A stretch of DNA of 54,340 nt from Deltaproteobacteria bacterium (GTDB lineage Bacteria > Desulfobacterota > Deferrimicrobia > Deferrimicrobiales > Deferrimicrobiaceae). The notes under the pieces were generated by a model that was given only the letters and a program-made list of their open reading frames with translations, was not told the origin of the DNA and ran no database searches. Below are positions 38,908 through 47,042 of the stretch, piece after piece. Each line of letters begins with the position of its first letter. Within the stretch, counting starts at the first letter, position 1. The position numbers and the translations under genes are program-made. The stretch covers positions 1 through 54,340 of the forward strand of contig JANXQJ010000148.1 in the NCBI GenBank assembly GCA_025356865.1, in the 5' to 3' direction.

Positions 38908-39999
38908 TCAGATCTTGGGGAGCAGCGACTCCGTGATCACGATCTTTGCCTTGGCCTTCAGAGGCGCGAGGAAAGCCTCGACCGCCTTGCGCTTCTTGTC
39001 GTCCTGGAGGAACGAGACGATCTGGCTGCGCACTTCGGCCAACGGCATGACTTTCCCGCCCTTGCTGAACATTTCCTTGTGGTCGTTGTAGGTGGCCTCG
39101 ATTTCCTTGTCGGAGACGACCAGGTCCTTGAAGATGACCTTCTCGGCAAGCAGTCCGATGAGGACCGAGTTCTCGAGCAGGGAACGGTCGAGTTCGAGCC
39201 AGCGCCCTTTTTCTCCCCCCTGCTGCTTTGCATAGGCCAAGAGGGATCGATTCGACAGTTCCTGCCCGATGACGCTCGTGAGCGCCTTTTCGTCCTTCGA
39301 GAAATCTTTTCCGGAGTGCTGGCCGCCGCCGGCCGCCATCCCCTTCTCGATCAAGACCTTGGCTTCGCCGTAGGTGATCTTGTCGGCGCCGACCTGGCCG
39401 ACCACCGTGTCGTCGGCCACTTTTTCGCCCTTGCCGATCCGGCCGATGACGGCGGTATCGATCTTTTCGGGAAACGCCTTGCGCGCCGCTTCCGAAACCT
39501 CGGTCTGGACCTGCGAAAGCTTGCTGCCGAAAACCGCCTGTCCCGCCTGGAGACGGGCATCGGTGGGCTTGAGGTTGTTGTCCTTGGCCATCAGGCCCTT
39601 GGCGGCCGTTTCGATTTCGCTTTCGGCCTTCTTGCCCCGTGCGTCGAGTTCCTTCCGGAAGAGCCCCTTGATGACGATCCCCGGCTCGCCGGCGCGAACG
39701 GCGTCCTTGAATTCCTTTGTGTTGTCGAGACCCTGCGTGCGCGCCTCCTGCGCAAGAATGCGCGTCTCGGCAATCTGCTCGACGATCTTCTTTTTCTGTT
39801 CCTTGTCGAAATTGGGCGCGGATACCAGCCCCCCCGGGATGCCGATCGCTTCCCGGACTTCCATCACCGTGATGCGGTTGCCGTTGACGGTCGCAACGGT
39901 TTCGTTGATGGATTCATCGGACGTGCAACCCGAAAACAGAACGGATGCTGCCGCAACGGCGACGGCCCCCATGATCAGTCTTGATTTGATGCGTTCCAA
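38908..39999 (-). CDS. SurA-N/PrsA-like periplasmic chaperone lipoprotein (no recognisable rotamase domain)
   Basis: Lipobox LFSGC. VATVNGNRITVMEVREAI is typical of SurA_N-type chaperones, and the body is Lys/Glu-rich and helical. The TTG at 39997-39999 follows GGAGAATTAC. The track start 40056 would include the upstream terminator hairpin. Confidence 0.6.
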   Translation of the reverse strand: MERIKSRLIMGAVAVAAASVLFSGCTSDESINETVATVNGNRITVMEVREAIGIPGGLVSAPNFDKEQKKKIVEQIAETRILAQEARTQGLDNTKEFKDAVRAGEPGIVIKGLFRKELDARGKKAESEIETAAKGLMAKDNNLKPTDARLQAGQAVFGSKLSQVQTEVSEAARKAFPEKIDTAVIGRIGKGEKVADDTVVGQVGADKITYGEAKVLIEKGMAAGGGQHSGKDFSKDEKALTSVIGQELSNRSLLAYAKQQGGEKGRWLELDRSLLENSVLIGLLAEKVIFKDLVVSDKEIEATYNDHKEMFSKGGKVMPLAEVRSQIVSFLQDDKKRKAVEAFLAPLKAKAKIVITESLLPKI

Positions 40000-40028
40000 C
40001 GTAATTCTCCCCTCTGTGATTCGAAATA

Positions 40029-40064
40029 ACGCACCCTTGGCGCGCGTTGGCGCCAAGGGTGCGT
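40029..40064 (-). terminator. Intrinsic terminator or attenuator between the lipoprotein gene and the chaperone gene
   Basis: 15-bp perfect stem acgcacccttggcgc/gcgccaagggtgcgt with a 6-nt loop. On the minus strand it is followed by TTATTT. Confidence 0.5.
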
Positions 40065-40103
40065 ATCGTTCAGGAACCGGTGCCGCCCCGTGTGAAAAGC
40101 GGG

Positions 40104-41225
40104 CTATTTGGCAGGCGCTTCAGCCGGAGCCGGCTCGGGGGCAGGCGCAGGCGCCGGTGCTTCGGCTGCGGGCGTCGCCGGAGCCGCTGCCGGGGCCGGT
40201 TCGGCCGATGGAGCGGGTTCGGGGGCCGGAGCGGGCGCCGGAGCCGCCTTCTTGGCGGCAGCGGCTTCTTCTTCGGCCTTCTTTTTCGCCTCTTCGATGG
40301 CCTTGCGGTCATCCTCGAGTTTTTTCTGCTCTTCGGAGACCTTCTTCTTTTCCATCTCGACCTTCAGCTTGTCCTGGTCGATCTCCTGCTGCTGCTGCTG
40401 GGTCTTGGCTTTTTCGGACTCGAGCGCCGCCTTCTGGAGCTCCATGTCGGACTTGAGCGCCTCGACTTCCTTGGAAGCGCTGTCCTTGATCCCCTTGGCC
40501 TCGGCCTTCGCCTTGTCGAGCTGTTCCTGGATCTTGCCGGTCTCGCCCTTGAGCGCCTTGAGACGGAGCTCTTCCTTCGAGGCCTCGTTCTTGAGATCGG
40601 CGATGATCCCCTTCTTTTCACGGTCGCGCGCCCTGACGACATGGGCGGTCATCGAGTCGCCCAGATAGCGGACCGCCTCGCGGGCCACCTCGATGTCGGT
40701 CTTGCCCTCGGTAACGCCGAACACCTTCCCGACCGTCAGCCCGCCGTAGGCGCTGACGTTGCCGACCCACAGGACGGTGCCGGTCGAGGGATCGACCATG
40801 GCCATGTCCATCGTGACCTGGGATGCCGAATCCTTCTCCTTGCCCTTCCCGTAAAGAAGCAGTTTGCCGTAGAGGATTCCCTGGACGTTCATTTCGTCGC
40901 CGAGTTTCTTGAGAACTTCCTTCTCGAGACTTTCGGTCGAGGTGATCTTGAGCTTTTTCATCGAATCTCGAACGAACCGGGTGTCTTCGACCTCGTCGAA
41001 AATCCCTTCGGAACGCAGCGTGGGAATGAGAAGCGCCTCGATGGAACGCTCGGCCTCCTTGGTATCGGAGTAATTTTCAAACGGGAATACCGCTACCCGC
41101 TTGACTTTCGTGTACTGGTCTTTCGTCTTCGAGGGCAACGCGTTGTCTCTCAGCATCGGGCGGGAACACCCGACTGCGAGCAGCAACAGCGCAAACCCCA
41201 GACCGATCGTCCTCGTGGTACCCAT
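40104..41225 (-). CDS. Lipoprotein: LpoB/DUF799/TolB-N-like alpha-beta domain + long coiled coil + Pro/Ala-rich tail
   Basis: Lipobox LLLAVGC|S. VAVFPFENYSDTKEAE...VQGILYGKL motif typical of that lipoprotein fold. ~150 aa Lys/Glu heptad-like region (…QQQQQEIDQDKLKVEMEKKKVSEEQKKLEDDRKAIEEAKKKAEEE). AAGGAGG lies 6 nt before the ATG at 41223-41225. Confidence 0.7.
   Translation of the reverse strand: MGTTRTIGLGFALLLLAVGCSRPMLRDNALPSKTKDQYTKVKRVAVFPFENYSDTKEAERSIEALLIPTLRSEGIFDEVEDTRFVRDSMKKLKITSTESLEKEVLKKLGDEMNVQGILYGKLLLYGKGKEKDSASQVTMDMAMVDPSTGTVLWVGNVSAYGGLTVGKVFGVTEGKTDIEVAREAVRYLGDSMTAHVVRARDREKKGIIADLKNEASKEELRLKALKGETGKIQEQLDKAKAEAKGIKDSASKEVEALKSDMELQKAALESEKAKTQQQQQEIDQDKLKVEMEKKKVSEEQKKLEDDRKAIEEAKKKAEEEAAAAKKAAPAPAPAPEPAPSAEPAPAAAPATPAAEAPAPAPAPEPAPAEAPAK
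40107..40247 (-). repeat. Low-complexity Pro/Ala(Glu) coding repeat (C-terminal 47 aa of the lipoprotein)
   Basis: AAPAPAPAPEPAPSAEPAPAAAPATPAAEAPAPAPAPEPAPAEAPAK. Confidence 0.7.
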
Positions 41226-41252
41226 CAGCTCCTCCTTGCTCACCTGGCTGGA

Positions 41253-43127
41253 TTAAAAATTGTACTTGAAATCGACGCCTACCTTATAACTTTCATCAAG
41301 CAACAGCGACAACGTCTTGGTCTGGTTGTAACTCAGCGAGAAATCCCATTTTTTCGCGGTCCAGGTCCCCTTCCAGTCGAAGGTCCACTTGTTGGCCTTG
41401 TCGGCCCTCAGGTTCCGGTCGTACTTGTACGTTGCGTTCCATCCGAAGGCCGAATATTTGTAGTCGACCTTGACCCCGAAATTCTCGGTGACGTCCGGCC
41501 CGTCGGCATCGCCGCTCGTGTCGTTTGCAGAACGGGAAAAGTCGAGCCCGCCGGTGTAATCGGGGACGACATCCTTGATCGTGACGTTGCCCGACGACGA
41601 ATCGGAACGCGTGATGTTGTTGAGGACGGGGTCCTTGTGGCCTTTCTCCTGCTTGCGCCCGTAAGTGTGGTCGACCTTGAACTCGATCGTGCGCGTCACC
41701 AGCACGGTCTTGGCGACCTTGACCTTGAAGTCGCGCGTGTCGATGACCTCGCGTGCGGAGATGTCGAGGTTCGTGTAATCGCGCTTGATGCCGATGTCGT
41801 AGCTCGGTTCGATCAACAGGTCGAGCCGCTTGAAATCCAACGGCCCTTTCAACCCGTACTTGGTCTCGGAAGTCTTGAGAAACCGGCTTCGCAAGACAGT
41901 GAAGTCGTCGGTGTCGGTCTTGTCGTAGGTGATGGACGGCTTCCAGAAGGGAAGCAACTCACCGTTCCAGCTCGCGGAACGGGCTGTGTTTCCGGTCCGT
42001 TTCGAGGGGGCGCCCGGGTTCTCGATCAGGATGTTGTGCCGCGCATACTTGCCGTTCAACTGGAGTTTCGGACCGAAATCGCCCTTGGTTTCGAGCGTCC
42101 ATCCGTCGTCGATGTTGATGCCCGGAGCCAGCGTGTGCCGAACGTCGGTCTTGGCCCGCGTGAACTCTCCCCTGAGCTCGATCGGCCGTCCGACCTTCTG
42201 GCTGACCCGAACCGCCGTGTTGGTCGTGATGGTGTGTTCCTCAAGCGAGAGCAGGGGGGAGACTGCCTTCGGGACCATCGTCTGCTTCAGGTCGTAATCG
42301 TAGGTGGCGTCGAAAGACGTAACGTCGAACGGACGGAATGAAAAGGTGTTTTTCGAGGTGTGCGCCTGGTCTTCCTTCACGGATTCGCCCTTGGCGGCTC
42401 CGTTGTCGAAGAAGGTAGCACCGCGCGAAAACTCGGATTTCCACTCGGAGCCGAGTTTGAGCTTGTCGGAAAGGAAATGCCGGACCCCGCTCGTGAAACT
42501 GTATTTCTCTTCCCGCGTGACCGGCGTGAGTTTCGGGTCGACGACATCCTTCCGGAAACGCTCGTCATCGTTGCTCCAGGTGTAGTCGCCCTTTACGTTG
42601 AACCACTCGGCGGGCTGGTAGTTCGACGAGAGCGTCACGGTCTGCTTGAACTTGTCGGTCTGGCCGACCTGCGTGTCGAGGTCGGCCCCGTATTTGGCCT
42701 TGAGGTCCGGCGTCCCGAAACGGAACGGCTTGTAGAGCAGTTCGACAAAGTAGGAGTCGGTGACCTTCTGCGGGGTGTCGGGTTCCTGGGTGACCGACCG
42801 CTTGGATCCCGCTCCCCAGTAGGATCCCTTGTAGGTCAGCGTGATCGCCGGGTACATGCGGACCTTGGCTTCGGTCGTGGACCCCTTGTCGTAATCGATC
42901 TTGAAGGTGAGTTCGTTCTCGATGACAGGCGACAGGAACCCTGAATATTTCGTGTCGAGCGTTTGCTTGAACGTGCGGGTGTCCTTGTATTCGGTCTTTT
43001 TCTGGACATCCTGGGTCCACCCCAGCGTGTATGAACCGCTGACAAACCCCTTGGCCGATGCCGAACCGCAAGGGATGGCCAGCAGCGCAGCGATGGCCAC
43101 GGCGGCGAGGGTGCGGGAGAAACTCAT
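41253..43127 (-). CDS. Outer-membrane beta-barrel protein (~600 aa mature), family unassigned
   Basis: Signal peptide MSFSRTLAAVAIAALLAIPCGSASA. Alternating-hydrophobicity strands rich in Y/K/D/T/S/N. C-terminal YKVGVDFKYNF with terminal Phe (BAM-type signature). ATGA overlap with the protease gene stop. Confidence 0.7.
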   Translation of the reverse strand: MSFSRTLAAVAIAALLAIPCGSASAKGFVSGSYTLGWTQDVQKKTEYKDTRTFKQTLDTKYSGFLSPVIENELTFKIDYDKGSTTEAKVRMYPAITLTYKGSYWGAGSKRSVTQEPDTPQKVTDSYFVELLYKPFRFGTPDLKAKYGADLDTQVGQTDKFKQTVTLSSNYQPAEWFNVKGDYTWSNDDERFRKDVVDPKLTPVTREEKYSFTSGVRHFLSDKLKLGSEWKSEFSRGATFFDNGAAKGESVKEDQAHTSKNTFSFRPFDVTSFDATYDYDLKQTMVPKAVSPLLSLEEHTITTNTAVRVSQKVGRPIELRGEFTRAKTDVRHTLAPGINIDDGWTLETKGDFGPKLQLNGKYARHNILIENPGAPSKRTGNTARSASWNGELLPFWKPSITYDKTDTDDFTVLRSRFLKTSETKYGLKGPLDFKRLDLLIEPSYDIGIKRDYTNLDISAREVIDTRDFKVKVAKTVLVTRTIEFKVDHTYGRKQEKGHKDPVLNNITRSDSSSGNVTIKDVVPDYTGGLDFSRSANDTSGDADGPDVTENFGVKVDYKYSAFGWNATYKYDRNLRADKANKWTFDWKGTWTAKKWDFSLSYNQTKTLSLLLDESYKVGVDFKYNF

Positions 43128-46100
43128 CGAGAGATGCGCTCCCGCACGTCCGGGACGGAAAGCGGGCCGGGACGGTCGCCTCCGAAGCGACGAACCAGAA
43201 GCGCCGCGGCAGCCATCAGCCAAAGAACGGCCAGCTTGCCGGCAAGGCCGGTTCCGGCATAGAACCCGGCAAACAGCGCGGCCGGTGCGAGGGCGAAGCG
43301 CGCGGCGGCGCGCAGGAACGGACGCGTGGCGATGAAATCGGCCAAGGGGGGACTTGCCTTATAGTAGAAGGCAACCAGCGAGCGTCCGACCGGATTGGCC
43401 AGCAGGAACCCGTCCCGGAAACGGCGCAGCGTTTCGACCTCGGGCGCCATCTCGGAACCGTAGGCGGCCGTCGCGATGAAACACCCGCCGACGAGCAGGC
43501 CGTCCTTGAACGGGGCGACCGGCTTCCAGGTGGCCTGCCGGCTGATGGACGGACCGGTAACCGGCTTGTAGGTCGCCGTGATGATGGTCGAGGGCTTGAT
43601 GACGGCGATGCGCCTGAACGTCGACACGTTGTCGGATGACCCGAGCGAGAAACCGAAGCGGCCGGCGAAGACGTTGTCGGCAGTTCGGGCCAGCGACACC
43701 GTGATGCCCCCCGCCGTCGAACCGGCGCTCGACGAGACCAGGACGGTGAGGACGTTGTCGGCCGCAGGCACGTTTTCGTCGAGCACGGTGACGAAGGCGA
43801 CGGCGCCTTCGTTCAGGTAGGTGTCGCGGTCGAGCGTCATGGATGCGCCCGATCCGAACCGGACCGCGCCGGAATTCTTCGTGCCGAACCAGACGTTGAA
43901 TCCGCCGTCGCTGAACGCGCCGATGAGGTCGCAAACGAAACTGCTGCTCGCGATCTGGCGGGCCGGCTGGAACGGGAAGTTCCGCTTGGGGTCAAGAGGC
44001 GACAGGGCGGGATTGTCCTTGAATACGGTCCGGGCCGCCTCGTACCATCCGCCCGTGCGCGCGATGCGCCGGTTCGCCATGGCGGCGACGTCGATCCGTT
44101 CGGCCCCCCCGCCGGCTCCCTCGGTCAGGACCGAGGGTTCGCCGTGCGAAACCCAGATGACGCCGTTGTCCTGGCCGTTCATCTGGAGCACCACGCCGGT
44201 CGGGACCACGCTCGTTGTAAACCCGGAAGGATATATCTCGGCTGGAAGCGGGATATAGCCCGAGAATACGTCGAGCACGCCGTCGCCATTCATGTCGTAT
44301 GGGTCGAAGAAACTTTTTCCGGGGGCCTCGTGATATTCCCCCCGGTCGTAGGGCAACAGGCCCTGGTTGGTCGCAATCCAGAGCGTGCCGGCCCCGTCGA
44401 CCGACATCCCGTAGACGGACGACGGCACCGGGCCGGGCAACGGCATCTCCTCGAACTTGAGGGTCTGCGAAAAGAACAGGTCGTCGACGTTCCCGGAGGC
44501 CGGGTAAAGCGGGTAGAGGAGGGCCCCGTTGTCGGGTCGCGCGTTGCGGAAGACACGCCCCTGGCTGGTCCCGATGTAGAGGACGTCCTTGAAGGGAAGC
44601 GGGTCGGCCGGGTTGGACGAAATGATGTTGTTGTCGATCGCGAGGCAGGTGATCGTTTCGCCGGCGTTGAGCCCGCCTTCGGTCTGCCCGGAGCGGAACA
44701 ACCGCAGGTTGACCCCCGACTGAAGTTCGTTGGAGGAAGAGGTCGTGTCGAAAACGACGTTGAGCGCGGCCCCGCCGCCCGTCACGACCCACTTCTTGGA
44801 CTGCCGGTCGATCAGGAGCAGCTTGACGTTGAGGTTGGGCGGGAACGTCAAGACCGGGGGCAGGAAGCGTTCCCCCTGGACGCGGTCGAGCGACTGGCTG
44901 GTTCCGACCCACATGGTGTTGGATGCGACATCGTAGGCCATGGCCTGAACGGAGGCGGGAACGACCTGGGTCAGGTGGGTCCATTTGTTGATGGCGTAGA
45001 TCCAGATGCCCTGAAGTTCGGTGCCGATCCAGGTGCGGCCCGAACTGTCGGCGGCGTAGCACAGCACGCGCGGCCCCAGTTCCCCCTGCCCCGGAACCTC
45101 GGTGAAGTTTCTCCAATAGGGCATATCGGCAACGAAGTCGAATGCGGCGGAGAAGAACTGGACGACGAGTTGCCACCCCACATCGAGGGCGCTTCTCAGC
45201 GTCCAGGGCGCCAGGTTGGTTTCGTTGGCGCCGTCGACGGGCGTCTTGCGGTCGATACGGCTGCCGGACCCGAAATAATCGCCGGCGGAACCGAAATAGT
45301 AGGCGTTGGATGCCGTGATCACGTTGTCGGGGATGGTGCGCACCAGGTGCGGGATGAATGGAGACCCCGGGAAATTGGCGAGGTCGGGCAGGTCGGCTTC
45401 CATCACCGAGAGCGCCAGGTGCGGGTAGGCGGCCGTGTTGTCGTTGTTGACCGGCGGACGGAGCAGCGGCGTGGTGGACGACTTGCGCCACGCTTCCATC
45501 TTGGCGCCGTCGACGCGCCAGACCAGGATGCCGCCGCCGGGAAGGCCCCCATCGAAGAGCGTGCCGCCCGTGCCCGGCTGCCGGTTTTCGAGCAGGACGA
45601 ACTGGGTCTCGTCACCCGGGCCGTTGGGGTAGATCTTGAAGGCGGCCAGGCTGGTCTCGGCAGCGGGAACCGAAAGCCCCGCGACCGAGCGGGAGACGAC
45701 CGTCGGATTGAACCACCCGAGCTCGATCTTGGACCAGGCCGAGAGGTGTGACGGCGATTCGGTGCCGGGAGGCGCCCCGGAAAGGAGGGTGCCCGGCCTG
45801 CGGCCCGCCGAGACGGGGCTTCCCCACATGCCGTAGCCCATGAGGTCGAAGACGCCGACGCCGGAATAGTCGGCCAGCGCCTGCCCCTGTTCGCCCGTTC
45901 CGGTGGGGTAGAGATCGGGAAGCCCGAGCAGGTGCCCCATCTCGTGGGCGACGACCCCGACGCCGATCAACCGGTCGTTGAGGATATTGTTGACCCAGGC
46001 GCTCCCCGTGTTGTTGTTTTCGGTGTCGTTGTAGTACTGGAGCGACGGCACGAGCATATAGTCGGTTATGACCGAGTTGTCGGAGGTCCGGATCGGCGTG

Positions 46101-46858
46101 GTGAGCGGCGCGGAATGGGAATAGGGGTCGCTCGAATCGCCCGAGTCTTCCTGGCCGTATCCCGGGTGCACGATGATGACCGACGGGATGACATTGGTGC
46201 CGGGGGCCCGGTATCGGGTGAAATCGACGCCGAAAGTGCCATTGTCGAGATAGTTTACCGCCGAGGTGAGCAGCGATTCGACATTGGCGACTGAAACGCC
46301 GGCGATCGACGCGGGTCCGTTGATGGTTGCGCGGAAATTGCCGGTCGTGTCGCCTGCCCCAAGCGTGGGTCGGAGCCATTCGGATGCGAACATCGCCAGG
46401 GGATCGGGTGTGATGTCCGCCGGGGACGCCAGGGCGGAAACGACGAACCTGCCCCTCGATACCTCGGCCCAGTAGTTCTTGAGACTGGGACCGCCCCCGT
46501 AGAGGAGCGCGCCCATCGTGGCTCGGGTCGCGACGGGCGACGCGACGCGGGTAGCGAAATCGATCATCAGCACCAGCGGTCGAACGGCGTTGTCGAGCGG
46601 GGAGATCGCCATTGGGCGCAGCGCGGTGCGTGTTTTCGCCAGATAGGCGGCCGCATAGGGGTATTTCCCGCCTTCGGTTGAAAGGCGGGGCGCGACGGGG
46701 CGAGGGGGGGCTGGCACCCGGGCGCCCGTCGTCCGGTACCGTCCCGTGTATGGGTCGACGAGCCCCGGACGAGGCGGCGGCATTGCGTCGGCGCTCGAAA
46801 TGATGACCGGGATCAGTAACAAAAAAAGAAACAGCCCGTATAATTTCCGAGACGGCAT
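43124..46858 (-). CDS. Exported M6 (immune-inhibitor-A-like) zinc metalloprotease + beta-propeller repeats + Ig-like module + CFIATAAYGS / TM C-terminal tail
   Basis: Signal peptide MPSRKLYGLFLFLLLIPVIISSADA, with AAGGAG upstream of the ATG at 46856-46858. HEMGHLLGLPDLY zinc site. Repeats WIGTELQGIWIY, MWVGTSQSLDRV, LYIGTSQGRVF, LWIATNQGLLPYD, VWFGTKNSGAVRF. C-terminus GGCFIATAAYGSEMAPEVETLRRFRD... followed by a hydrophobic helix and RRF. Confidence 0.85.
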   Translation of the reverse strand: MPSRKLYGLFLFLLLIPVIISSADAMPPPRPGLVDPYTGRYRTTGARVPAPPRPVAPRLSTEGGKYPYAAAYLAKTRTALRPMAISPLDNAVRPLVLMIDFATRVASPVATRATMGALLYGGGPSLKNYWAEVSRGRFVVSALASPADITPDPLAMFASEWLRPTLGAGDTTGNFRATINGPASIAGVSVANVESLLTSAVNYLDNGTFGVDFTRYRAPGTNVIPSVIIVHPGYGQEDSGDSSDPYSHSAPLTTPIRTSDNSVITDYMLVPSLQYYNDTENNNTGSAWVNNILNDRLIGVGVVAHEMGHLLGLPDLYPTGTGEQGQALADYSGVGVFDLMGYGMWGSPVSAGRRPGTLLSGAPPGTESPSHLSAWSKIELGWFNPTVVSRSVAGLSVPAAETSLAAFKIYPNGPGDETQFVLLENRQPGTGGTLFDGGLPGGGILVWRVDGAKMEAWRKSSTTPLLRPPVNNDNTAAYPHLALSVMEADLPDLANFPGSPFIPHLVRTIPDNVITASNAYYFGSAGDYFGSGSRIDRKTPVDGANETNLAPWTLRSALDVGWQLVVQFFSAAFDFVADMPYWRNFTEVPGQGELGPRVLCYAADSSGRTWIGTELQGIWIYAINKWTHLTQVVPASVQAMAYDVASNTMWVGTSQSLDRVQGERFLPPVLTFPPNLNVKLLLIDRQSKKWVVTGGGAALNVVFDTTSSSNELQSGVNLRLFRSGQTEGGLNAGETITCLAIDNNIISSNPADPLPFKDVLYIGTSQGRVFRNARPDNGALLYPLYPASGNVDDLFFSQTLKFEEMPLPGPVPSSVYGMSVDGAGTLWIATNQGLLPYDRGEYHEAPGKSFFDPYDMNGDGVLDVFSGYIPLPAEIYPSGFTTSVVPTGVVLQMNGQDNGVIWVSHGEPSVLTEGAGGGAERIDVAAMANRRIARTGGWYEAARTVFKDNPALSPLDPKRNFPFQPARQIASSSFVCDLIGAFSDGGFNVWFGTKNSGAVRFGSGASMTLDRDTYLNEGAVAFVTVLDENVPAADNVLTVLVSSSAGSTAGGITVSLARTADNVFAGRFGFSLGSSDNVSTFRRIAVIKPSTIITATYKPVTGPSISRQATWKPVAPFKDGLLVGGCFIATAAYGSEMAPEVETLRRFRDGFLLANPVGRSLVAFYYKASPPLADFIATRPFLRAAARFALAPAALFAGFYAGTGLAGKLAVLWLMAAAALLVRRFGGDRPGPLSVPDVRERISR

Positions 46859-47042
46859 CTCACTCCTTGGGGTCGCAAACAGGGCGTCAAAAGACGCACC
46901 GCAAACGTGTTCGGACAAGTATAGTCAAACTGCGTGCCAGATCGACAATTATATTCGTTTTCAATCCTCATTCCGTTTGCCCATTCCCCCAGTTTCGTAC
47001 GGGTATACTATGTTTACAAATTTGTCCGAGAGGAGAGATGGC

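Noticed and set aside
40047-42341. 764-aa plus-strand ORF
   Set aside because: It is antisense to the lipoprotein and beta-barrel genes. It is leucine/arginine/glycine-rich with no motif and crosses the terminator hairpin.
41253-43127. Calling the beta-barrel an MtrB/PioB-type porin of a porin-cytochrome conduit
   Set aside because: The size and the nearby decahaem cytochrome are suggestive. However, I cannot verify family membership from sequence by eye, there is no N-terminal CxxC, and the cytochrome gene is four genes away behind a hairpin. It is left as a hypothesis to test by HMM.
44144-45751. 535-aa plus-strand ORF and several minus-strand alternative-frame ORFs inside the M6 protease gene
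   Set aside because: Only frame 43124-46858 gives the HExxH zinc site, propeller repeats and signal peptide. The others are compositionally junk.
46924-46940. sigma54-like element CTGGCACGCAGTTTGAC upstream of the M6 protease operon (minus strand)
   Set aside because: The -24 TGGCAC is perfect, but the -12 element reads TTGA instead of TTGC, losing the critical GC dinucleotide. It is kept only as a weak possibility and not annotated as a promoter.
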